64,000 nt of DNA from a virus. The stretch spans positions 1 to 64,000 of IMG/VR virus record IMGVR_UViG_3300044641_004147. The stretch is one strand, 5' to 3'. This document shows positions 9,033-19,131 of this stretch, in pieces (positions within the stretch are counted from its first letter, which is position 1; every line of letters starts with the position of its first letter). The position numbers and the translations under genes were made by a program. Under the pieces are notes generated by a model, which was given only the letters and a program-made list of their open reading frames with translations, did no database searches and had not been told where the DNA came from.

Positions 9033-9455
9033 ATGGGACGATACATTAAAAACACGGAACTAAAGACCGGTAGCTATAGTATCCGTACACCATTTGCTCC
9101 GGGCGCAGTTGGTCCTAATGCACCAGTTAATGGATTGGTCAGATTTAATACCACGATCAACAAAATGCAATATTACAGTCAAGGTGCTTGGCGTAATTTT
9201 GCCATTGAAGGTCGTGTAGAGTTGTTTAAAGATAGCTTTATGGGCGATGGTGTTAATAGAACTTTTGGACCAATGCAACAAACTTATCTGCCAGGCGAAG
9301 AAATTTATATGTTGGTCTTTGTCGGCAATGTGTTTCAAAATCCCGGAGTTGCTTATACTGTGCTCAATGATCAAGTTACTTTTACCGGTACCCCAAACGA
9401 TCAACAACCAATTATTATTCTTCACGGATACGGATCTACCGCGGTGTCTGTCTAA
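9033..9455 (+). CDS. Putative virion structural protein
   Basis: GLVRFNTT...Y....W module plus F.GDG...TF ... VFVGNVFQNP..AYT module. Confidence 0.7.
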   Translation: MGRYIKNTELKTGSYSIRTPFAPGAVGPNAPVNGLVRFNTTINKMQYYSQGAWRNFAIEGRVELFKDSFMGDGVNRTFGPMQQTYLPGEEIYMLVFVGNVFQNPGVAYTVLNDQVTFTGTPNDQQPIIILHGYGSTAVSV

Positions 9456-9467
9456 TAGGAAACTGAG

Positions 9468-10301
9468 ATGGCAATAGGACGCATATCAGGACCAATGCTT
9501 TTTGCCAACCTTGAGCGTCAAGGTGTGGATCTTTCCATTGAAGGTAATTTAATTTACTTTGATGTAAATCGTAAACGAATTGGTATTAACACTAACAACC
9601 CTGAGTTTGATGTACACATAACTGGGTATGAAAACACGCAGGCTAATTTATTTGTCAATGGCAACATCATTGCCAGTGAAGTTACAATTACTGACGAATA
9701 CACACTGCCTACTATTAAAGGGCCAGCTGGTACAGTAATTACCAGCGATGGCTCGGGTCAAACCTATTGGGGTGAGGCCGGTGGTGGTGCCCAAATTGAA
9801 AGAAAACAGTGGAGTTATCAAATTTCTGATTTACCAGCTGGTGCTTTTGCTGAGTTTGACATAGATATTGGCATTGCCAGTATTGTTTACAATCTTACTG
9901 TTAACAGGCCTGTGCTAGTTGAAGTTTATGCCACCGCGTTAAAAAACGAAACTAATCCCTATACTTTTTTATCTACACTTGGGCATTTAACTGATGATGG
10001 TACAGTTCTGCTCAACGATGGCAGTGTAATACAGCAAAGACAGTACAGTATATTTGCAAATCAAGAAACACCGGCGCAAAACAGAGTATACGGGCGTATC
10101 ACTAACATCGATGGAGTAGCAGGACCTGTTACTTTAGATTTAACTTACTTTAGCGCAGTTACAGACAATGTTGCTGGGAACTACGAAACTAATGTAGTTA
10201 ATACACTACCACCATATGGCTACACTGGGGAAACAGTACTTTTAGTACCTGCAAACAACATGTATGTCTGGTACAATAACACTTGGAACCAAGTTACTTG
10301 A
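9468..10301 (+). CDS. Putative virion/fibre protein
   Basis: MAIGRISGPML..NLER.GVDL start, RIGINT.NP and GTVITSDGSG fibre motifs. Confidence 0.7.
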   Translation: MAIGRISGPMLFANLERQGVDLSIEGNLIYFDVNRKRIGINTNNPEFDVHITGYENTQANLFVNGNIIASEVTITDEYTLPTIKGPAGTVITSDGSGQTYWGEAGGGAQIERKQWSYQISDLPAGAFAEFDIDIGIASIVYNLTVNRPVLVEVYATALKNETNPYTFLSTLGHLTDDGTVLLNDGSVIQQRQYSIFANQETPAQNRVYGRITNIDGVAGPVTLDLTYFSAVTDNVAGNYETNVVNTLPPYGYTGETVLLVPANNMYVWYNNTWNQVT

Positions 10302-10334
10302 GTTTAGAGTTTTTCTAAGTTGATAAATAACATT

Positions 10335-10376
10335 ATGAGTTTACACAAAACACGCAGGCGCGAGGAGAATAATTAA
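10335..10376 (+). CDS. Putative leaderless mini-ORF MSLHKTRRREENN, TAATG-coupled to the 10376 gene
   Basis: ATG 5 nt after TAAATA (10324-10329); TAA at 10374-10376 overlaps the next ATG. Confidence 0.4.
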   Translation: MSLHKTRRREENN

Positions 10377-12370
10377 TGGCTATCCCAAATTTTTTCTCAG
10401 TTGAAAGAACAGGCTATACTAAGATTTCTGATCTTTTCACTGATGTAATGAAGGACATGATTGAAAACGGATTTACGCTAGTCAATGCTTCAAACGGTTT
10501 TCCAATGACTTCATGGAAGACTACAGTTGTAACTGGGGGCACCGGTCAAGCTGTAGGTAATAAATTATACATCAATGATGGTTCCAGACCAATCTATCAA
10601 GGCAGTCCCCGTCCTAGCCCATATGTAGAAGTTACCAAAGTATCTACCATTGGTAGTAGCTCGGGAGTAGTAACTGGATTATCTGAAGTCAAGGCTGATT
10701 ATGATTTTCCAATTTGGCAAACTCCGCCAACAAATCCAGTTAATTTGTATGCAACAGCATCTAGTACAACACCGCTGACTGTTACAGCGAACCTTGCTAA
10801 TACCGCAGTTACATATTCTTCTGTAGGATTCCCTGATAATGCACCAGTGTATTTTTCTTTTACACTAGAAGCTAGCGGCGATGTTGATCCGCTCAACGAA
10901 AGTCGCCCAGCACCAACACATCCATTTGTTGATGAAGTCAAGCGTCAGCCATGGCGTGTACAATTTGTAGTCGCTGACGAACAAAAAGTGTCAGGATCGA
11001 TTGCAACACCATTGCAGATGCGCTACGACGATGCTGCTGGCAAAGTTATTATCAGTAGAATTACCGACGACTTTGGAGTAGTTATTGACAATGTTGGAGC
11101 CATTGGGGCAGCACAGCCCGGTGGCATTTTCACAGACAGCGATTTAAACCAAGGTCTTTACAATAGAAAAATTCGAGTTGCACAAGAAGAAAAAACTTTT
11201 CCTTTGACTTATATTTTAAGTATCACAGACCGTGGTTTCTTCTTAGGAATTTATGAAGGCTCTTGGTCTACAATTCGTGCGGCTACTACAGTGAACAGTA
11301 ATTATTTTAACTGGGTTCTGTGCCAGCGCCCGGTTGACCGCGGTACCGGAGTTACACTAACTCGTGGCAAGGCTCCGGTGTTCCATATTAACAGCGTAAA
11401 CTACAAATACTACAAATCTGTAGTTCGCGAAGCAGATATTTTACACCCAACCAGTGGACCAAGTCCTACACCGGCTTCGGGCAATATTAATATTGCATCA
11501 TCCGCAGTGTCTGGCAATACTCCAAGTAGCTGGGTTGTCACTGGAACTCCAGATACTAGAACTGGAGAAGCTTCTCAATTCTTAGTAAATTTAGAGCCAG
11601 GTAGCACATTATATGACACTACTGGATATACCATTGGTACAGTTAAATCTATTGTCAATGATGCTAGTTTACTATTAACAAGCAAGCCCGGTAAGATTAT
11701 TACTAATCAAGACTTTTTCTATACACCCCCTAACATCTTAGCATTAAGAGTATTAGCAGATGTACACAGTCCTGATAGTCATGCAATTTTTAATGCAGCT
11801 GAACAAATTGCACTCACTGAGGATAAAACATATTTGTTAAGTTTCCCACACAACTTGACTACTCCTCGTTTCCGTTATACTGAAGAATTAGATATGGTTG
11901 GTATGACCAGTTCTGATGTTGTTATGGCTGGTCAGGACATTCAGTTCACTACCTACGGTGAGTGGGGCCCACGAACATATCGTGCGTTGCCGGCAAATGC
12001 CGCATTAAATACCGGACTAAGATTAGCAGTAATTTGGAAGCCAATGGGACCAAAATGGATTAGTCCAAACGAAGGTTCTCTAGGAGAGATATCAGCTGGT
12101 GACACTATTGATGTTGATTTTATCGCCGAAGAAGCACCAGTACCAGCTGGCGAAACACCAAGAGCAGATCCAACATTTGAAATCGTTCGCGGAAGCATAC
12201 CAAAAGGCCTAGTATTTTATACATCAGGCAAGGTCGCTGGCACAGTTGAACTGTCGGAGTACACAGAAGCAACAATGATTAAATTTACAGTGGCAGCTAA
12301 ACACATCGAAGAAGGTGTTCATGCAGGTTATGCTCTAAGAGATTTCTGGTTCACTTATGTTCCAGCTTAA
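10376..12370 (+). CDS. Virion structural protein, paralogue of 12389 ORF, with C-terminal Ig-like domain
   Basis: Shared motifs WVL.QRPVD, P.F..NSVN.K..K.VVRE.D, RF.Y..ELDM.G..SSDVV, RTY.AL; SD GAGGAG. Confidence 0.7.
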   Translation: MAIPNFFSVERTGYTKISDLFTDVMKDMIENGFTLVNASNGFPMTSWKTTVVTGGTGQAVGNKLYINDGSRPIYQGSPRPSPYVEVTKVSTIGSSSGVVTGLSEVKADYDFPIWQTPPTNPVNLYATASSTTPLTVTANLANTAVTYSSVGFPDNAPVYFSFTLEASGDVDPLNESRPAPTHPFVDEVKRQPWRVQFVVADEQKVSGSIATPLQMRYDDAAGKVIISRITDDFGVVIDNVGAIGAAQPGGIFTDSDLNQGLYNRKIRVAQEEKTFPLTYILSITDRGFFLGIYEGSWSTIRAATTVNSNYFNWVLCQRPVDRGTGVTLTRGKAPVFHINSVNYKYYKSVVREADILHPTSGPSPTPASGNINIASSAVSGNTPSSWVVTGTPDTRTGEASQFLVNLEPGSTLYDTTGYTIGTVKSIVNDASLLLTSKPGKIITNQDFFYTPPNILALRVLADVHSPDSHAIFNAAEQIALTEDKTYLLSFPHNLTTPRFRYTEELDMVGMTSSDVVMAGQDIQFTTYGEWGPRTYRALPANAALNTGLRLAVIWKPMGPKWISPNEGSLGEISAGDTIDVDFIAEEAPVPAGETPRADPTFEIVRGSIPKGLVFYTSGKVAGTVELSEYTEATMIKFTVAAKHIEEGVHAGYALRDFWFTYVPA

Positions 12371-12388
12371 TAAGTTTAAGGAAATAGA

Positions 12389-13825
12389 ATGTCAGTAACA
12401 ACATATACTAAAGATGGAATTGGGAGCGTAAAACATTTAATTTGTTCTCTGGTCCTTGATTTAACCAGTGCCGGCACACCAGTTACCGGTACAGCCGCAG
12501 AGCATATGAAAGTTGTTTACCCAGTTGGATTTGATGCTACTGTAGATCCTAGTTCGCTGCCCGATGATACATTGGTTATTTTAGAATCTACAACTAACAT
12601 AGATCCATTTGCTAGAACAGATCCAGCAGTTGAGGATCCAACTAAGGATCCCTGGAGAATAGCTTTTCACACTAGTCAATGGAAAAACAGATCTTCTGTA
12701 TCTAGAAATGTTTCAGAGAACTGGGATACCCCTGTACTAGACCCTGTACCGGGGGTAAACAGTTTAGCAGTGTATGTAGGAACTCCATCAACATTGTACG
12801 TTGATCCAGGGTCGGGGGATCCGGTGATTGGATGGAACACCAGTTCAGTTCAGAAACTTCCTTATTTTTACGGGTATCCCATTGGCAACGTTTATAATGG
12901 CTATTTAGATTCCCAAGGGAATCCGATATTAGGTGGTCCTGCACCAGAAGCCTCCTGGAAATATAAATCATCCTATAAGGGTTTAGATCTAGTAGAACCA
13001 GTTGGAAATCTTGGAGCACAGTGGACAAACACTTTTGATCCTACATCAAATGCAATTAAATTTAATCCTACATCAACCGGTGTTGTTCCTAGTGTAATAC
13101 CCGCTCCATCTGGTTATACAGCGTCGCCGACTAAATGGGACGGTCCGGATGTTACAGATGCAGGACAACTGTTTATTAATCGCTGGGTTACTTCTGGAAG
13201 AAAAGCTAACGCCTTCGGTGGTTTCGCCGCAGACAGCAGTTACGCTAACCCTATCAGCTATCGTTTAGTTCTCAGTGATCATGGCGTATTTTTAGGATGC
13301 TGGGGACCCGATCCTGAAGAAAGTGGTCGTAGTTTTAGCTGGGTCTTGGTACAGCGCCCGGTTGATAAAAAGTTTGGTGTTGTGCGTGGTCTACCAGAAG
13401 ATCCTGCCAACCCAGGAAATCGTCCGCTGTTCTGTGTAAACAGTGTCAATGGTAAGTTTTTTAAGTTTGTAGTTCGCGAGCACGATAATGCAGTGCCTAG
13501 CAGCCGTAAAGATGCTACAAAGAGTTCCGCAGACAGTGGACAAGTTATTAACCCATACCAACAACAGAGTTTAACTGAAAACGGTGAGTATGTTATTACT
13601 TTCTTGAACAACTTAAACAGCAGTCGTTTCAAGTACAGCGATGAACTGGATATGTTAGGCACAGTCAGTTCTGATGTAGTAGGCGGCGGCAGTGAAATTG
13701 ATGTTAGCGTATACAACGAAGATGACAAGCGTACCTATCACGCTCTGTGGAGCTCTGGTTCTTATGGAACTAAAATGCGTATTATGGTTGTCAAGGATAT
13801 TCCTACACCTAACACACCAGTATAA
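12389..13825 (+). CDS. Virion structural protein, paralogue of 10376 ORF
   Basis: Same C-terminal motif set as the 10376 protein. Confidence 0.7.
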   Translation: MSVTTYTKDGIGSVKHLICSLVLDLTSAGTPVTGTAAEHMKVVYPVGFDATVDPSSLPDDTLVILESTTNIDPFARTDPAVEDPTKDPWRIAFHTSQWKNRSSVSRNVSENWDTPVLDPVPGVNSLAVYVGTPSTLYVDPGSGDPVIGWNTSSVQKLPYFYGYPIGNVYNGYLDSQGNPILGGPAPEASWKYKSSYKGLDLVEPVGNLGAQWTNTFDPTSNAIKFNPTSTGVVPSVIPAPSGYTASPTKWDGPDVTDAGQLFINRWVTSGRKANAFGGFAADSSYANPISYRLVLSDHGVFLGCWGPDPEESGRSFSWVLVQRPVDKKFGVVRGLPEDPANPGNRPLFCVNSVNGKFFKFVVREHDNAVPSSRKDATKSSADSGQVINPYQQQSLTENGEYVITFLNNLNSSRFKYSDELDMLGTVSSDVVGGGSEIDVSVYNEDDKRTYHALWSSGSYGTKMRIMVVKDIPTPNTPV

Positions 13826-13832
13826 TGTACGC

Positions 13833-13892
13833 ATGGTGCCGCTGTCAACGCTGGAGGAGTTGCCTGTAAGATTGAATTTTGTGGAGTGGTAA
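13833..13892 (+). CDS. Putative 19-aa leader ORF MVPLSTLEELPVRLNFVEW abutting the 13893 start
   Basis: TAA immediately followed by ATG; runs through the 5' arm of an RBS-sequestering hairpin. Confidence 0.35.
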   Translation: MVPLSTLEELPVRLNFVEW

Positions 13893-13926
13893 ATGTTTTC
13901 GTCGATATCAAAAGCCACTCCACAAA
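13878..13926 (+). promoter_or_regulatory. RBS-sequestering hairpin at the start of the 1745-aa gene
   Basis: Perfect 12-bp inverted repeat TTTGTGGAGTGG / CCACTCCACAAA containing GGAG, with the ATG in the loop. Confidence 0.6.
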
Positions 13927-16900
13927 CCCAACGATCCACAGGATTCATTGCCAGTCGTGCAATGACCATTGTTCCAATAACTCCATTTACAATCACAGTA
14001 AATGGAGTTGCACCACCAAACCCAAATAGCGTTTCTGTTTCTGCCGGCGCCATTGTAAGCGCATCCATTATTACGCCTGATGACTGGCTTTGGCACCAGT
14101 TCTATCATTATGAAATTGATGGAGTACCATCTAGTTTTGCTGTAGTAAACAAAAGCAATTATACAATCAGCGTTAAACCCGAAGACGCCATTAAGCGTTG
14201 GTACATGTATGAGCCTGCTACACATACCGGTACATACAAATCTGTAGGCGGTACAAACTATCCAATTAATTTTGGAACCAACTACGAGCTAATCCCTGCA
14301 AACTTCCATATTGTTTTAAATCCGTTAGACAACGGAGTTTACTTTTTTGATATCAATGGAGTGCAAGTTAGTAAAGTAAACTTGCCAGCCGATCCTTTAG
14401 ACTATGTAAAAATTCCCGACAGGCAAAGTGTAGTGGTATTAGTTCGCGGCGGTGAAGCCTATGAAATATATTTGAACAATACTACATTTGGTATAGCACC
14501 ATTTTATGCCAGATTAAACTACAGCGAATTTACAGACAATGCTTTTGTTTTTCAACTGCCCGGAGAAGACTTAATTACATATCTTCGCCGAGCTCGAGTT
14601 AAGACCGCGATTCCTCCAGCCACTTGCATAACCTATGATGGCATGTTTCTCTTTGCCGGCGGCAACGGTTCAGTTTGGGTAGTAGACCCGTATGCAGATT
14701 TTTCCTTAGTCAATGAATTTGAGATTGACGAATTTGTAATGAACATTACAACATTGCCAAATAATTCTGGTGTGGTGTTTGTTACACAAAGTCAAAAAGT
14801 TTATAAGATGGACTATGCCGGTAACTTTACCGAGTTGTATCAAGGAACCGCACTATGGCAACCAGCGTTGTTTAACGGTAAGGTTTACATACCTGAAGGT
14901 CAAGGCGGCCTTTTAAAAGTTTATAATCCTGCAACAAACAGCTTTGAAGCAGACATATTGTTAGATGATTTTAGCCCTAGTTACATAACTGTAGACAGTG
15001 GAAAAATGTATGTAGCCGGACACGACAGTGAGCGTGTGCTGGTGTTTGATTCTGCACTAAACATCACAGAAAAGACATTCCCTGACAAAGTTACATTAGT
15101 CAGCGCATTAAACGGAACATTGGTAGCATCTCATTGGATGAAATCTTTTAAGGTTTTAAACTTAGGTGATCTCAGAAGAATTGTTGCGGTTGAATTTTTA
15201 AAACGGCAAGGACCAGTTAGCCATATTGGTACCAGTGCAGTTACAGTGAAAACACTGGGCAACGACGAAGTATATGCTAGAACGCCCGACGGTGCGTGGC
15301 TATGGATTAATGGCCAACGAGCTTACACCGAAGATGTGAGAGGCTCGCTGTTAGCTGACGGAGATATTATCAGTATAAATCGTGCCTGCAGAGTCGCTGG
15401 CCTGCAGAGAACAAATTGTATCATAGGTGATGTTGTTTATGATTACGATGTTGAAGCAGTGGCACAAACATACTTTCCTCGGCACATTGATTTGCCAATA
15501 CAGCCACCGGGTGAGTTTGGAATCCACACAAGAACTATTACTTTACCGCGAGCATTTACTCCTTGTTTAATGAGTATTGAGTACGGAGTAGTTAAAGTCA
15601 ACGGTGCTTACTATTACGGTGACACCAATGTCACCGCTGGCGACATAGTGTCAATTGAGATGGAAACTGCCAACAACAGTATACTACCAGTGTTCACTGT
15701 TGGCGCAAGACAATTTGTAGTGCCAGTGTCAACTAACCCAACATACACTCCGTTAGTCTACGCACAAACAAATACAGCACCAGCAACATCTATCACTGAA
15801 GAAATTATTTTTACAGAATTTGAAAGTTTGTTTGACTATATTGTGCCGGGATACTATACCGCAACAATTAAGAAAAACATTGTTGATATCACTGGCAATT
15901 ATTTTCAGCAATTTGGTGCTGGCGATAAACTTTCTGTGATTTATACTACCAGTCCTAAACTATACGATGTTACAGACATTTATATTTTAGGTCCTGTTAA
16001 TTATAAATTTACTGCACAAAATACCTTAGGCAACCCACTTAATTTTTTAGATTATGGAAATTTGCAGTATCCTTACACTAGACTACTCGACCCATACGCA
16101 CTAAGCACCAGTTCGAGTTTTCTTAGTTCTTGGTACGGTAATGTAGTTCAATATTCTACTCCTATGATTCAGTATATCACAGGAAACCTAACAATAGCAG
16201 GATTAACGACTCCATCGGCTGGCTACCAAGTATTCGATGTAACATCAACTACACTATACCAAGGAATTGAATCTACACCTGATAACAGTTCATTTACATC
16301 CAATTCAGATGTGCCAAGTGATACTCCTATTATAGTGTTTAATCGAGGCACCATTTTTACTATAACACCAGACGGCTGGAGAAATTATTTTAGATCGGCG
16401 ACCAGTAATTCAAAAATTAACTTATTCAATGTTTATCGATTGATGTTTTATGCGTACCAGTCTATCATACAGCCGCCGGAAGAAAGTTTAAACGTCGAAT
16501 ACAGCACTGACGGATTTACCTGGATACTCATGGTTGCATTTCCACCAGGTACACCCTATAACCAATGGACTCGGAAGATGTTTATTGTGCCGATTGGAGC
16601 CAAGTTACAATCGGGGGTATATATCAGATTATCGCAAATCGCTAGAGCAGCGTCACCGCCCTCGGGCGAATTTGATATTTGGGCATTTACTTCGATTGTT
16701 GCCGAAAGCCTAGACGGAGTTTTTGCCAACATTAGCATTACTGGAGGAGATTCTTATTTTGTTCTCGATGGCGAAATACAATCAAGTACCACACTATCTG
16801 TTACAAATGGTGATAAATTAGCACTGGCAAGAAACATAGTATCATACTTTGATTCAAATGTAACTATTGTTCAACATTTACCAACTGGCGACGATGATGG

Positions 16901-19130
16901 CACGGCGGACGTAGTAATTGGTCATTGGGGATTAGTTAATAGAGATATTGACAGTATTACTGGGCCAGAGCCGCAGGGCAGTGCAACTACCAATAATGGC
17001 AGTGTTGGAATTTTTGATGTTAATAAAAATATAAAAGTTATTGATTCAGCAGCAGAGCTGTCAAGGCCTACACAGAGAACTGTACACAGTATCAAAGAAA
17101 AATTAGAACTGGAGCAAGTGGTATCTGGGTTGGCCAATAACACCGAGCTTGACACAGCATTTTTAGTAAATGTTCCAGCATCAAAAGAAAATGTAGATTA
17201 CATTCATATTTTGTCAACACCGCGTAGCGACATTAAACTAACTATGCCTAATAGCATTGATCAAAATTCAATGAGTTCAGATTACTATCAGCCTCGGATC
17301 TCTAAAATTAAGGCATCCACTGAGAGCAAAGATATTGGGTCACAACGAAGAATAAATGCGCCAACTATTAAATTTGACAAGTATCTGTACAGAGTAGAAC
17401 CTGGTTACAAACAGCAGTTTAATGCATCAAAAGAGATCAAAGAGTTAGGTTATACTGCTAGTTTTTTTGAAACAGGACAAATTGATATACCAGCTAGCAC
17501 AGTTCGTTTACAAGGAACGGGTACACAATTTAAAATTCAAAGTTATGCAGAGCGGTTAACATATAATTTTAGATTAGCACTAACATATTTAAATGTTAGA
17601 GATCTTCCTAAATTTTTAGTATTCATTGACTTGATTGGTAAAAATAATAAAATAGACGAACCAGTTATGGCTGGTCCTGCAATATCAGTTCGCAACGAAG
17701 ATAATGTAGAGATAATCTCTGCGTCTACAGTAGACCGGCCAAGTGAGGAAATCTTACCTGACACAAAAGCAGCAACAGTAGAAATTCAGACTGATAAAAA
17801 TATATTTCAGAACAAAACTTACACTGCCACAGTAGATGAAAGCAGTAAATTTTTATCAAACATGTCATTGGCCAGCTCTTCCGGAGCACCAATATTCATG
17901 ACAGATTATTTGTCAGTGGGTAGAACAGAAATTAATAATTGGGTCGACAAAGACACAAGTTGGCAAACCAATGCGTTTTTTATTAACCCTGTTGCTGGAA
18001 TGTCTGCAGACAATAATGAAGTGCAGTACTATCTCGTTGACGATATTATTGCCAGTAAATTTGGAATTGAATTCTTTGATGGAGTTACCGGACAGACTCA
18101 AAAAAGTGATAACTCCTATACAGAAATAGACCCTTCCTTGCCCAACACAGAGACACCCAGTGGTACTACAGCCAGGAGCGAATTTACAAAATTAGAATTT
18201 CTCAGGTCCAGCTACGATCTAATAGAAATAGTGCCAGACCCACTAGACGCTAATAATTATATAGAAGTTGACATGACACCGCTGGTTGCTCATGCGTCAG
18301 ACACCAAGGCTGAACAAGTTTTTATAAAAATTGATGTCAATGATACGCTGGCCCATTTGCCAATTGATCGTTACAGTAACGGTCTTCCGGCCATGGTTAA
18401 ACCAATAGTGGAAAAATATACCATTGGCGCCGGCAGCAATGTTGAAATGGATTTGGAAAAATTAACAACGCCATTTGTACCAGTTAAATTAACATACGAA
18501 AAGTTTCAACTTACTGAAAGAAAGTTTGATCCGTTTACCTGGACCAAAGATCCTTTACTACATTTGATTTTTGTTAAACCCACAGCCGAGATAGAGCCTT
18601 CAATTCTACCACTGTTTTTAAAGCCTATATACCAGAAAGATAATACCCAACGGGGCGGCACAGTTAAGGCAACTCCAAGCAGAGATGCATTGGAATATAA
18701 AATACAGTCGGGTATGAGTATACAGGTAAGTTCTCAAACTTCTGAGATATACATCAAACCACAGTGGGGTCCGGATGATTATGGAATTGACCCTATAGTA
18801 GTTTATAGACTAGAACACGAACAACAAAAAATAATATCTCCGCTGGTAAAAACAGTTATGGAAAGAAATAGGCCCGAGTTTTATTTTACAGCTATTACCT
18901 TACCAGAAATAGATCGCGGTATAGTCTGGGACAACGATGTCAGTGTGGAATACGGTGCTTTTGCCACAGAAAACGATGCGTACCTAGCAGCCAGCAGTTA
19001 TACAAGTTTTAGACCGCAGTTGATATTAGATACTAATTTGTGGACTTATCGAGTGCTACTCGAAACTGGATTAGTTTGCCCATTACCGTCAGGAAGATAT
19101 GCAATAGCATGGTTGATCAGAGGCGGTTAA
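13893..19130 (+). CDS. Large virion protein (1745 aa): beta-propeller-like N-terminal region, beta-sandwich repeats, reelin-like insert
   Basis: Long uninterrupted ORF; YVTN/NHL-like blades; YSTDGFTW Asp-box. Confidence 0.7.
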   Translation: MFSSISKATPQTQRSTGFIASRAMTIVPITPFTITVNGVAPPNPNSVSVSAGAIVSASIITPDDWLWHQFYHYEIDGVPSSFAVVNKSNYTISVKPEDAIKRWYMYEPATHTGTYKSVGGTNYPINFGTNYELIPANFHIVLNPLDNGVYFFDINGVQVSKVNLPADPLDYVKIPDRQSVVVLVRGGEAYEIYLNNTTFGIAPFYARLNYSEFTDNAFVFQLPGEDLITYLRRARVKTAIPPATCITYDGMFLFAGGNGSVWVVDPYADFSLVNEFEIDEFVMNITTLPNNSGVVFVTQSQKVYKMDYAGNFTELYQGTALWQPALFNGKVYIPEGQGGLLKVYNPATNSFEADILLDDFSPSYITVDSGKMYVAGHDSERVLVFDSALNITEKTFPDKVTLVSALNGTLVASHWMKSFKVLNLGDLRRIVAVEFLKRQGPVSHIGTSAVTVKTLGNDEVYARTPDGAWLWINGQRAYTEDVRGSLLADGDIISINRACRVAGLQRTNCIIGDVVYDYDVEAVAQTYFPRHIDLPIQPPGEFGIHTRTITLPRAFTPCLMSIEYGVVKVNGAYYYGDTNVTAGDIVSIEMETANNSILPVFTVGARQFVVPVSTNPTYTPLVYAQTNTAPATSITEEIIFTEFESLFDYIVPGYYTATIKKNIVDITGNYFQQFGAGDKLSVIYTTSPKLYDVTDIYILGPVNYKFTAQNTLGNPLNFLDYGNLQYPYTRLLDPYALSTSSSFLSSWYGNVVQYSTPMIQYITGNLTIAGLTTPSAGYQVFDVTSTTLYQGIESTPDNSSFTSNSDVPSDTPIIVFNRGTIFTITPDGWRNYFRSATSNSKINLFNVYRLMFYAYQSIIQPPEESLNVEYSTDGFTWILMVAFPPGTPYNQWTRKMFIVPIGAKLQSGVYIRLSQIARAASPPSGEFDIWAFTSIVAESLDGVFANISITGGDSYFVLDGEIQSSTTLSVTNGDKLALARNIVSYFDSNVTIVQHLPTGDDDGTADVVIGHWGLVNRDIDSITGPEPQGSATTNNGSVGIFDVNKNIKVIDSAAELSRPTQRTVHSIKEKLELEQVVSGLANNTELDTAFLVNVPASKENVDYIHILSTPRSDIKLTMPNSIDQNSMSSDYYQPRISKIKASTESKDIGSQRRINAPTIKFDKYLYRVEPGYKQQFNASKEIKELGYTASFFETGQIDIPASTVRLQGTGTQFKIQSYAERLTYNFRLALTYLNVRDLPKFLVFIDLIGKNNKIDEPVMAGPAISVRNEDNVEIISASTVDRPSEEILPDTKAATVEIQTDKNIFQNKTYTATVDESSKFLSNMSLASSSGAPIFMTDYLSVGRTEINNWVDKDTSWQTNAFFINPVAGMSADNNEVQYYLVDDIIASKFGIEFFDGVTGQTQKSDNSYTEIDPSLPNTETPSGTTARSEFTKLEFLRSSYDLIEIVPDPLDANNYIEVDMTPLVAHASDTKAEQVFIKIDVNDTLAHLPIDRYSNGLPAMVKPIVEKYTIGAGSNVEMDLEKLTTPFVPVKLTYEKFQLTERKFDPFTWTKDPLLHLIFVKPTAEIEPSILPLFLKPIYQKDNTQRGGTVKATPSRDALEYKIQSGMSIQVSSQTSEIYIKPQWGPDDYGIDPIVVYRLEHEQQKIISPLVKTVMERNRPEFYFTAITLPEIDRGIVWDNDVSVEYGAFATENDAYLAASSYTSFRPQLILDTNLWTYRVLLETGLVCPLPSGRYAIAWLIRGG

Positions 19131-19131
19131 A

